From positions 1-8,330 of the forward strand of contig CAZMGA010000023.1 of the NCBI GenBank assembly GCA_964565725.1: a DNA stretch of 8,330 nt, written 5' to 3'. Position 1 is the first letter of the stretch. Each line of letters begins with the position of its first letter. Positions 1 to 7,267 of the stretch are shown here, one piece after another. The translations under genes were made by a program, and so were the position numbers. The notes below the pieces were generated by a model, which worked only from the letters and a program-made list of their open reading frames with translations, was not told the origin of the DNA and did not search any database. This stretch comes from an uncultured archaeon. Its GTDB lineage: Archaea; Iainarchaeota; Iainarchaeia; Iainarchaeales; 0-14-0-20-30-16.

Positions 1-1857
1 ACAATAACTTCAGATGGTGGCTCTGACGGAGATTCAAAAACTTATAATGTTAAATTAACATCTAATTATTCAGGATCATTAAGTTCTAGTACAAATACTA
101 CAATTACTAGTAATATTACAAAATCAGGAACAAAATTAGCAGAAAGCTTAACATATAAAATTTATGCATTAAAAGGATCAGAAAAAATACTAGTATATTC
201 TAAAAATATATCTGCATCAGAAGTGACCAATGGGCAAACAATTGATAAAGAAATAAAAGCGAGTGATTTATCTGGTAATTTACTTGATTATATTTCAAAT
301 GATAAAATATCTTTTGTTATAGAAATAGATTCTGATGATGATGTTTCAAAAGATAATACTGAAACATTAAATATACCTACAAATTATTTTGAGGTCATAT
401 TAAACGCAAATATAGATTCAAAATTAACTTCTGATATTAATGCAAAAATAATTGGAAAAGTTTCTAAATTAGGAAACTTAAATGATGTAATATTGAATTT
501 ATATTTAATATCTGAAAATAATAAAAAATTAATTGATCAAAAAACAATTGAAAGTTATCCTTATGATTATAATTATTTTTTAAATATTAATACTATTACT
601 GAAAATTTAGATTATATAGATTCACAAGGATATATTAATTTAAAGTTAGAGTTAGAATCAAATGATACAAACGCAGAAAACAATTCTAAAAATTTAAGAT
701 CTAAAGTTGAGTTTTTTGATTTTGATATAGAAAACATACTTTTAAATGATAATAATTATGAATTAAATGATACGTTTGAATTTAATATTTTAGAAACATA
801 TAATTTAGTATACGTTTTGAATTACAGTTCAATAAATAAATTAGGGTTTGCCGAAATAAGATTTATAAATGATTCAAAAAATAGACAAATAAATTCACAA
901 AAATTTACTTTTGGGAAACTAGATGGAAAAGATTTTAATAAAATATTATATGAATTTAAAATTAATTTGTTGACTTTAATGTCAGAACAAGATGCTAGAT
1001 TATTAATAAAATCAGTAATGAATTTAGATAATTCAGAGGATTCTCAAAAAACAATAAATTCTATAATTACTAATTTGGGTAATAATCTAAATTTAAAACA
1101 TGATGAAAATAAATCGTATTTTTTAAGTAATGTTGATAATATAACTATAGATTTAATAGGTTCTGACTTGGAAAAAATTAATTCTAATTTAATTTTTGAA
1201 TATGTATATAATTTTGTAGATACCCCCTCACCTAAAAAAGATGAAAATAAATCATCAAGTTCTAAAGAAAATGTAAAAGAATTACCAACAGATAATGATT
1301 ATGTTTTAAAATATAAACAAAAAATAGGAATTAACGAATTGCAAGAAATATATATTTTTGATACCAAAGATAATAAATTATCTAATATAAATGTTTTAAT
1401 TGATTCTAATAATTTTAGTTGGTATTTAGCTAGCGATTTTAATGGTTTAGTAATATTTGATCCTAATTTTTCAGGTATTTATAATATTTCTTTGCCTTAT
1501 CCAAACATAAAAATAAAAGCTGAATTTGAAGTTATAGATAACTATATAAGTTTAAATGATGAATTTGTAGAAATAACTAGCCAAAGTTCATATTCTGTAA
1601 TGAAAAATAAAATATTTAATATATTTATTTTTGTAGCAATAATTATTATTTTAATTGTAGGTATAATTTTATATTTTGTATTTAAACCTCGTAAAATCTC
1701 TTCAATATATGATTTTTCTAAATCCAATTATTACAATGATTATAATTTAAGAACAGAAATTAAAAAAGAACAGTTGGAAAAAGATATAAAATTTGCATAT
1801 AATGAAGAAAAGATTTTAGAAAAAAAATTAAAGGATAAAACAGGTTATGATTTGTAA
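1..1857 (+). CDS. Large Asn/Ser/Thr/Asp-rich surface (cell-envelope) protein, 5'-truncated by the window edge, with a C-terminal single-pass TM anchor and a ~57-aa charged cytoplasmic tail
   Basis: Frame 1 has no stop from nt 1 to the TAA at 1855-1857, so the GTG at 223 used by the ORF track is an artefact and the gene enters from upstream (TITSDGGSDGDSKTYNVKL...). The hydrophobic stretch IFNIFIFVAIIIILIVGIILYFVF (nt 1612-1683) is followed directly by KPRK, which indicates an outside-to-inside topology. There are many N-x-S/T sequons. The segment EIYIFDTKDNKLSNINVLIDSNNFSWYLASDFNGLVIFDPNFSGIYNISLPY resembles a CarboxypepD_reg/Ig-like beta-sandwich pattern. I recognise no catalytic motif. Confidence 0.7.
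   Translation, partial: TITSDGGSDGDSKTYNVKLTSNYSGSLSSSTNTTITSNITKSGTKLAESLTYKIYALKGSEKILVYSKNISASEVTNGQTIDKEIKASDLSGNLLDYISNDKISFVIEIDSDDDVSKDNTETLNIPTNYFEVILNANIDSKLTSDINAKIIGKVSKLGNLNDVILNLYLISENNKKLIDQKTIESYPYDYNYFLNINTITENLDYIDSQGYINLKLELESNDTNAENNSKNLRSKVEFFDFDIENILLNDNNYELNDTFEFNILETYNLVYVLNYSSINKLGFAEIRFINDSKNRQINSQKFTFGKLDGKDFNKILYEFKINLLTLMSEQDARLLIKSVMNLDNSEDSQKTINSIITNLGNNLNLKHDENKSYFLSNVDNITIDLIGSDLEKINSNLIFEYVYNFVDTPSPKKDENKSSSSKENVKELPTDNDYVLKYKQKIGINELQEIYIFDTKDNKLSNINVLIDSNNFSWYLASDFNGLVIFDPNFSGIYNISLPYPNIKIKAEFEVIDNYISLNDEFVEITSQSSYSVMKNKIFNIFIFVAIIIILIVGIILYFVFKPRKISSIYDFSKSNYYNDYNLRTEIKKEQLEKDIKFAYNEEKILEKKLKDKTGYDL
1820..1827 (-). terminator. Candidate archaeal oligo-T terminator for the rpl44e-DHH unit (T8 on the minus strand)
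   Basis: A8 on the plus strand is T8 on the minus strand, about 18 nt downstream of the DHH stop codon (1845-1847). It lies inside the 3' end of the convergent surface-protein CDS. Confidence 0.35.
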
Positions 1858-2918
1858 ATTAATTCTTGTATTTTTTTTAAAAATAATTCTACTTGTTCGT
1901 TAGGTAAGGCGCATCCTGAAGCAAATGGATGTCCACCACCATTTAAATTAGGAAAATCTTTTTTTAAACTTTCTAAAAGTTTTGTTAAATCTAAATTTGG
2001 GCTTCTTAAATTTATACTACATAAATGATTACTACGCATATATATTATTTTTATATAATCCGAGTATAAAAATTCTAAAACGTTTAATAAATATTTTTTT
2101 AGTTCTTTATCTTCAAATTCTAATTCCAAAATTAACAATTTTTTATTTTCATCAATATTTAATTTTTGTAAATATTTATAGGTTTTTTTTAATTCCTTTT
2201 CTTTTATTTTTATAATAAGATTAATTTCGTCATCTGTAAAATATAATATTTCTTTAATGTCTTTTTTCAAAAATAGTTTTTCAAAAATATTTATTTCTAA
2301 ACCTTTTTGGTTGTATATTTTTTCTTCTAATTGGGTTATTTCTAAAGCCATGGGTTTAATCAATTCTGAATTATTCATGAAAAAATCTAAGTCTTTATCA
2401 TTTGTATGTAAATAAGGTAATGAACCAAAAATCATAAAATCAGAAATTGCTCCTAAGCCAGCAATTTTTTTCAAAAACAAGTTTTCATTAAATAAATAAT
2501 AATAAAAATCATAAACTATTGCTGAATTTGATGGCAAATATCTACTTTCAATATATAACGCAGGATTAATTATGTTATCAATATTGTTGTTTACTTTATG
2601 ATGATCAATTACGAATATAGTTTTATCTTTTAAATAATCATAATTAGTCAAACTATAATCTAAAAAGAAAATATATTTATATTTATCAAAACTAGTTTTA
2701 TTTTCCGTATCCAATATTTTGTGTTCATTATCTCTAGCAAAGTGAACGTCAAAATCTTTTTTGTATTTTAAATCATATTTTTCCAATATTTCAGAAAAAA
2801 CAATTGCGGATGAAATTCCATCAAAATCATAATGTGAAAAAATAAGGATTTTTCCGTCAATGTTTTTCAAAATCTTTTTTAAAATTTCGTACTTTTCGGA
2901 AAAATCTAACTTTTGCAT
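1845..2918 (-). CDS. DHH/DHHA1-family phosphoesterase (NrnA/RecJ-like nuclease or nanoRNase class), 357 aa
   Basis: Motif I is FSHYDFDGISSA (aa 27-38). The DHH motif is VIDHHK (aa 103-108; IDHHK = nt 2595-2609). The DHHA1 motif is NGGGHPFASG near the C-terminus (NGGGH = nt 1929-1943). The size and two-domain layout are typical of stand-alone DHH-DHHA1 enzymes. Substrate cannot be assigned from sequence. Confidence 0.85.
   Translation of the reverse strand: MQKLDFSEKYEILKKILKNIDGKILIFSHYDFDGISSAIVFSEILEKYDLKYKKDFDVHFARDNEHKILDTENKTSFDKYKYIFFLDYSLTNYDYLKDKTIFVIDHHKVNNNIDNIINPALYIESRYLPSNSAIVYDFYYYLFNENLFLKKIAGLGAISDFMIFGSLPYLHTNDKDLDFFMNNSELIKPMALEITQLEEKIYNQKGLEINIFEKLFLKKDIKEILYFTDDEINLIIKIKEKELKKTYKYLQKLNIDENKKLLILELEFEDKELKKYLLNVLEFLYSDYIKIIYMRSNHLCSINLRSPNLDLTKLLESLKKDFPNLNGGGHPFASGCALPNEQVELFLKKIQELIYKS
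1871..1878 (+). terminator. Candidate archaeal oligo-T terminator for the surface-protein gene (T8)
   Basis: A TTTTTTTT run starts 14 nt after the TAA at 1855-1857. It lies inside the 3' end of the convergent DHH CDS. Confidence 0.35.
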
Positions 2919-2920
2919 AT

Positions 2921-3202
2921 TTATACCAATTCTGCTTTTTTCTTGGCCTTAGTATTTACAATAAAATATCTTTTTTGACCGCATTTACTACAAATTGCTA
3001 CAAAAGTAGGTTTTTTACCCTGTTTTTTTATTTTTATGATGAATCTTGTTTTTCCACCATATCCTTTAACATGTTTCGCTTCGTGCTTTCTTGCATGTTG
3101 TTTTAACACACTTTTTGCACCTGTTTTAAATTCTTTTAATTTATGTGTTTCGTGACTATTACACTTTTTACAATATAATTTAATTTCTTTTGGTACTTTC
3201 AT
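2921..3202 (-). CDS. rpl44e: 50S ribosomal protein L44e (eL42), zinc-ribbon type, 93 aa
   Basis: MKVPKEIKLYCKKCNSHETHK...KGYGGKTR...ICSKCGQKRYF shows two CxxC pairs (C11/C14 and C71/C74) and the conserved GYGG core of archaeal L44e. The protein is strongly basic. A GGGGAT Shine-Dalgarno-like element lies 5 nt upstream of the ATG on the minus strand. Confidence 0.9.
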   Translation of the reverse strand: MKVPKEIKLYCKKCNSHETHKLKEFKTGAKSVLKQHARKHEAKHVKGYGGKTRFIIKIKKQGKKPTFVAICSKCGQKRYFIVNTKAKKKAELV

Positions 3203-3232
3203 ATTAATCCCCAGAACGAGTTTAGATATATT

Positions 3233-3253
3233 TATATAGATTTATTCTATATA
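3233..3253. promoter_or_regulatory. Candidate bidirectional promoter core: inverted repeat TATATAGA-N5-TCTATATA, giving two outward-facing TATA-like boxes
   Basis: Nt 3233-3240 (tatataga) is the exact reverse complement of 3246-3253 (tctatata). It overlaps TTTATATA at 3231-3238, which matches the archaeal TATA consensus TTTAWATA. The left arm ends 30 nt from the rpl44e ATG (3202). The right arm ends 31 nt from an ATG at 3285 and 62 nt from the ATG at 3316. Confidence 0.35.
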
Positions 3254-3315
3254 TTAATTACTTTATTATATATTAGAGAGGAAAATGTTTATAAAGACTT
3301 TTGTTGGTGGAATCT

Positions 3316-4023
3316 ATGTTTAAGGCTTTGGGTAATGCTTTTTTGGATGTTTTTAAAAAACCATTTGTGACATTATATACATACATATTTTATTTTATAA
3401 TATTATTTTTAACAATTATTTTTAATTATTATACTTATAATTTATTATATCCAGAAGGAATTTTTGGAATCTCTTTATTTTCATATTGGTTAAATAGTCA
3501 ATTGTTGTTGTCAATTTTAAACGTGTTGGTTTTCCTATTTTTAACTTATCTTGAAGCATTAATATTTGTGTATATTTTAAACAAAAAAATAGAAAATGAA
3601 AAAAAGTTTAATGGTGTTGCAAAAGTATTTGGTTTTAATATATTTATATTATTAATAATTTTTGTAATACCATTAATTGTTTTATTTTTAACAAATTTTA
3701 ATAGTGTGTTAATGATTATTTATTTGTTTTATTTATTATTTGCAACATTTATATTAAATCCTTACTTATTTATGACTCCTATGTTATTAGTTAGTTTAGA
3801 TTTAAAAAGCGCTTTAACAGAATCTTTTGAATTTGGAAAAAATCATTATTGGAAAATATTACTTTTTGAATTTTTATTTTTAGTATTATTTACTATAATT
3901 TATTTATTGTGTAATTATTTAGATTTGTTTGTAGATGGTTTAGGGTTAATAATATTACAAATATTAACAGTATTGTTTTTTGTTTGGTATACTTATTTTT
4001 CATATAATTGGTATTATAGTTAA
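3316..4023 (+). CDS. Polytopic integral membrane protein (~6 predicted TM helices), unknown family
   Basis: The protein is extremely hydrophobic and rich in F/L/I/Y, with about six 20-25-aa hydrophobic segments separated by short polar loops (for example NKKIENEKKFNG and SLDLKSALTESFEFGKNHYWK). I prefer the ATG at 3316 (MFKALGNAF...), which follows GGTGG (3306-3310) at Shine-Dalgarno distance, over the TTG at 3301 used by the ORF track. No catalytic or transport motif is recognised. Confidence 0.7.
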   Translation: MFKALGNAFLDVFKKPFVTLYTYIFYFIILFLTIIFNYYTYNLLYPEGIFGISLFSYWLNSQLLLSILNVLVFLFLTYLEALIFVYILNKKIENEKKFNGVAKVFGFNIFILLIIFVIPLIVLFLTNFNSVLMIIYLFYLLFATFILNPYLFMTPMLLVSLDLKSALTESFEFGKNHYWKILLFEFLFLVLFTIIYLLCNYLDLFVDGLGLIILQILTVLFFVWYTYFSYNWYYS

Positions 4024-4034
4024 AGGTCATTTAT

Positions 4035-7000
4035 ATGTACTTAAAAGAAATGGAATTAGATAACTTTAAGTCTTTTAAACATCAAAGATTTTTGTTTAAT
4101 CAATCCATTACTGCAATAACAGGCCCAAACGGTTCTGGTAAAAGTAATATTTTTGATGCTATTTTATTTGTTTTAGGGAATAATTCTTCTTTAAAATTAA
4201 GATATAAAAAGATATCTGATTTAATTAATAAAGATCAAAAAGAAAAAATTGCAAATGTTAAATTAACTTTTTCAGATGGTACTATTTTAGAACGATTTGT
4301 TTCTGAAGATTCATCTATTTTTAGACTAAATGGTAAAAGAACAACCCAAGAATCAATAATTAGTTTTTTAAAAGAATTAAAAATAAGTTCAGAAGGACAT
4401 AATTTTGTTCAACAAGGAAACAATAAAAGAATAGTAGATATGACCGGGATAGAAAGAAAAAAATTATTTGAAGATATTGCCGGAGTAAGTTTGTTTGATG
4501 AACAAAAAGAAAAATCAAATAAAAATTTGGAATTTGTTAAAACAAAAATAACCCAAGCAAAAACAATATTGAATGAAAGAAAAATTATTTTAGATAATTT
4601 AACACAAGAAAGAGAAATTGCCTTAGAATATATTGATGTTAAAAACAAAGAAATAATTTATAAGGCTATATTATTGAAAAAAGAGAAATTAAGTTTAGAA
4701 AAAGAGATCCAAAGAAATACCTCTAAAGTAGAATTATTAAATTCAAAAATTCCTGAAATGGAAGGAGATTTAGATAAATTATATTTGAAAATTAATGAAA
4801 ATAAATCAAGATTGAATAAATTGAATGAAGATTTAGATACTAAAACAAAAGAGTTTAATGAAATAGATTCTGATTGTAGGATTTTTGAATATAAAATAAA
4901 TGATACTATTACTAATATAAACAATTTTAAGAATGAATTAATAAAAATTAATGATAAAATTGATAAATTAAAGCAAAATATAAATAATATAGATTCCGTT
5001 TTAGAAAATATAACTGAATTAAAATTAAAATCAAAAAATTTAAAGAAAGAATTAGAAAGTTATGATGCTAATAAAATAGATGAAATTAATAAAAAAATAA
5101 AAGAAGAAAATAAAAAAATAGACTTAAAAATCCAAGAAATATATTCAAAAGTTTATGAATTAACATCTCAAAAGGATAATTATGAAAAAAATATAGAATT
5201 AAAGAAAAATGATTTAATTATGGTTTCAGATTATGAAAAAGAAATAGTTAGTTTTAAAGAAAAAATATTAGATGTTGAAGAATACGAATTAACAATTAAA
5301 AAATATAAAGATGAAAAATATAATTTAGAAGTAAATATTGAAAACGATGTTCAAAAAGTAGATCAAATAAAAGAAAAAATATTTGATTTAAATTCTAAAA
5401 TTGATAAAAATAATAATAAAATAGATTCATTAAAACAAGCAAAAAAGGAAATTTCTGATTTAATTGTAATTAATGATGATTTAGAGATAGATAAAATTTT
5501 AACAGATTTTGAATCCAAAAATATTTATGGCAAATTCTTTTTTGTTTTTAGATCTAATGAAAAGGACGTAAAGTCAAAAATAATTATTAAGGAAATAGAT
5601 TCTGAATTAAAAATTAAAGAATTAATTTCGCAAAACGAAAAATATAATGATAGTTTGATAGATTTTAATGAAGAATTAAAAACTAAAGAAATTAGTTTTA
5701 AAACAAATAGTAAACTTTTGCAAGATTTGGATATTGAATTATTTGATGTTCAGGCAAAAAAAGAAAATGTAGTTAAAAACAACTATGTTTTACAAAATAA
5801 AATTAATATTTTGGAAAATGAAATAAAAAATATTAAATCAAAAGTGTATTCTTTAAATAATGTTGATGATATAAATTCAAAATTATCTAATTTTGAATTA
5901 GAAATTAATTCTTTAAAGTCTAAAAAAATAGAATACAATTCAGATTTTGAAAAATATAAAGACCTAACTAAAAATTATCACGAAGTTTTAGAAAATTTAC
6001 AATCTAAAGAAAAAGAATATAATGATATGATGTTAAATAATAACTTAAATAAAAAAGAAATAGAAAATTATCAAAATAATTGTATAGAAATCCAAAACAA
6101 AATAAATGATTTTAATCAAAAACATGATAAATTAAATATTGAGTTTGAAAATTTAAATAAAAAAAGATTGAATATTAAAAACGAATTAAATTTAATTTTA
6201 AATGATAGAGAGAAATTAAATCTTATTATAAATACAGATTTAGAAAATAAGAACAATTTAAATACCAATATTTCTTTATCTAAAAATGAGTTAAATGATA
6301 TTAGAAAAAATTTGTTTATTAAAGAAGAAGAATTAGTAAAGAAAATAGAAGAAATTAAAAAATATATATCTATAAATCAAAATGTAGATGTTAATTCTTT
6401 AGAAGAAAAAAATTTAGAATTACAAAAAAAATCATTCAAAGATTTGGAAACTGAATATTATAATTTATTAGAACAACTAAATAATTTTGGAAATGTAAAT
6501 TTAAAATCTATTGAAGATTATAAAGAATATTTAGAAAAGTATAATGTAATAAACGAAAGAGTTTTTGCTTTGGAATCCGAATCAGAAGAAATAAAATCAA
6601 AAATTAAAGAAATTCAAATGCAAAAAGAAGCTAAATTTATGACTTGTTTTACAAACATAAATAACAAATTTAAAGAAATATTACAAAAATTAAATTTAAA
6701 TGATTTGGAATTTGGGCTAGTTAAAAACGAAGAAGAAATATTAGAAGTTTTATTAAATGCCAAAAATAAAAGAACTATATCTTTGTCTGGTGGAGAAAAA
6801 GCCTTGGTAACAATATCCTTTTTATTATCTAATTTATTATTAGAGCCATCATCATTTTATTTGTTAGATGAAATAGATGCTGATTTAGATTATAATAATT
6901 CTGAAAAAGTATATGATATGTTGAATGATTATGCCAAAGATTCCCAAATATTTATGGTTACCCATAATCCAGTAGTAGTTAATAAAGCTAATAATGTAAT

Positions 7001-7061
7001 TGGTGTAAGTAAAAATACTAAAGGAATTACTACTGTTTTTATTAAACAGGAAAACCAATAA
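4035..7061 (+). CDS. smc: SMC (structural maintenance of chromosomes) ATPase, 1008 aa, with canonical heads and coiled-coil arms but an apparently degenerate hinge
   Basis: The N-terminal head reads MELDNFKSF...ITGPNGSGKSNIFDAILFVLG (Walker A, nt 4122-4145), with a Q-loop/SMC box at QQGNNKRIVDMTGIERKKLFEDIAGV. The C-terminal head has the signature LSGGEKALVTISF (from nt 6783), Walker B FYLLDEIDADLD (from nt 6855) and the H-loop region IFMVTHN. The ~650 aa between the heads are K/E/N/I/L-rich heptad-like sequence. An AGGT lies 7 nt upstream of the ATG, and the gap from the upstream membrane gene is only 11 nt. Confidence 0.85.
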   Translation: MYLKEMELDNFKSFKHQRFLFNQSITAITGPNGSGKSNIFDAILFVLGNNSSLKLRYKKISDLINKDQKEKIANVKLTFSDGTILERFVSEDSSIFRLNGKRTTQESIISFLKELKISSEGHNFVQQGNNKRIVDMTGIERKKLFEDIAGVSLFDEQKEKSNKNLEFVKTKITQAKTILNERKIILDNLTQEREIALEYIDVKNKEIIYKAILLKKEKLSLEKEIQRNTSKVELLNSKIPEMEGDLDKLYLKINENKSRLNKLNEDLDTKTKEFNEIDSDCRIFEYKINDTITNINNFKNELIKINDKIDKLKQNINNIDSVLENITELKLKSKNLKKELESYDANKIDEINKKIKEENKKIDLKIQEIYSKVYELTSQKDNYEKNIELKKNDLIMVSDYEKEIVSFKEKILDVEEYELTIKKYKDEKYNLEVNIENDVQKVDQIKEKIFDLNSKIDKNNNKIDSLKQAKKEISDLIVINDDLEIDKILTDFESKNIYGKFFFVFRSNEKDVKSKIIIKEIDSELKIKELISQNEKYNDSLIDFNEELKTKEISFKTNSKLLQDLDIELFDVQAKKENVVKNNYVLQNKINILENEIKNIKSKVYSLNNVDDINSKLSNFELEINSLKSKKIEYNSDFEKYKDLTKNYHEVLENLQSKEKEYNDMMLNNNLNKKEIENYQNNCIEIQNKINDFNQKHDKLNIEFENLNKKRLNIKNELNLILNDREKLNLIINTDLENKNNLNTNISLSKNELNDIRKNLFIKEEELVKKIEEIKKYISINQNVDVNSLEEKNLELQKKSFKDLETEYYNLLEQLNNFGNVNLKSIEDYKEYLEKYNVINERVFALESESEEIKSKIKEIQMQKEAKFMTCFTNINNKFKEILQKLNLNDLEFGLVKNEEEILEVLLNAKNKRTISLSGGEKALVTISFLLSNLLLEPSSFYLLDEIDADLDYNNSEKVYDMLNDYAKDSQIFMVTHNPVVVNKANNVIGVSKNTKGITTVFIKQENQ

Positions 7062-7085
7062 ATATAACTTTGTATTATAATATAT

Positions 7086-7103
7086 GTGATTTTATGAAAA
7101 TAA
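7086..7103 (+). repeat. Copy 1 of an 18-nt perfect direct repeat, GTGATTTTATGAAAATAA (SD-like GTGAT + ATG + Lys-Ile codons)
   Basis: It is identical to nt 7264-7281. It places a GTGAT element (matching the GGAGGTGAT anti-16S consensus) 3 nt upstream of the ATG at 7094. Confidence 0.6.
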
Positions 7104-7267
7104 CTAAAAAAGAATTTGTAGGAAATCCAATTCAAAGCCCGATGTTAAGTTTAGCAGAAAAAGATTTAGAAAGAGTTTCTGATTTAAAAAGATTTAACAA
7201 ATTTTTAAATAATGAAAATTTAGAAGGCTTAAATAAAGATATTAAAGCTAAATTGCTAAAAAAGTGA
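7094..7267 (+). CDS. Small hypothetical protein (~57 aa), charged and probably helical, no recognised family
   Basis: The sequence is MKITKKEFVGNPIQSPMLSLAEKDLERVSDLKRFNKFLNNENLEGLNKDIKAKLLKK. I prefer the start at 7094 over the track's 7070 because its translation-initiation context is identical to that of the next gene. Its TGA stop (7265-7267) lies inside the GTGAT element of the downstream gene. Evidence that it is a real coding gene is positional only. Confidence 0.45.
   Translation: MKITKKEFVGNPIQSPMLSLAEKDLERVSDLKRFNKFLNNENLEGLNKDIKAKLLKK

Noticed and set aside
223-225. GTG at 223 as the start of the first gene (ORF-track call)
   Set aside because: The same frame is open all the way to nt 1 with similar composition. 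The gene is truncated by the window edge, and 223 is just the first start-like codon the ORF finder accepted.
1542-1727. 61-aa minus-strand ORF from the track
   Set aside because: It lies entirely antisense within the surface-protein CDS, opposite the TM-anchor codons. Its Ile/Lys-rich translation is what the complement of AT-rich coding sequence produces, and it has no start context.
1982-2215. 77-aa plus-strand ORF from the track
   Set aside because: It is antisense to the motif-bearing DHH phosphoesterase CDS. The product is low-complexity and Leu/Ile/Phe/Tyr-rich, so it is a shadow ORF.
3301-3315. TTG at 3301 (also TTG 3304 and GTG 3307) as the start of the membrane protein
   Set aside because: The ATG at 3316 is preceded by GGTGG at Shine-Dalgarno distance, and the other confidently called CDSs in the window start with ATG. 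The upstream alternatives cannot be excluded without N-terminal data.
4409-4924. Two minus-strand ORFs (4409-4648 and 4658-4924) from the track
   Set aside because: Both are antisense to the SMC N-terminal head and arm, whose conserved motifs fix the coding strand. Their Phe/Ser/Ile-rich products are typical of the complement of Lys/Glu/Asn-rich coiled-coil codons.
4035-7061. The SMC-like ATPase as part of a defence system (Wadjet JetC, Lamassu LmuB) or as Rad50/SbcC
   Set aside because: The head motifs (FKSF, GPNGSGKSNxxDAIxFVLG, QQG...ER..L.E.IAG, LSGGEKAL) fit housekeeping SMC closely. There is no CxxC zinc hook at the apex. No JetA/B/D, LmuA, Mre11 or nuclease genes are adjacent, and the neighbours are housekeeping genes (cmk, rpl44e).
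7070-7093. ATG at 7070 as the start of the small ORF (ORF-track call)
   Set aside because: The ATG at 7094 carries the same 18-nt SD+ATG cassette as the downstream cmk gene, whereas 7070 has no SD-like element.
6929-7135. 68-aa minus-strand ORF from the track
   Set aside because: It is antisense to the SMC C-terminal head (the H-loop region) and the smc/small-ORF junction, with no independent support.
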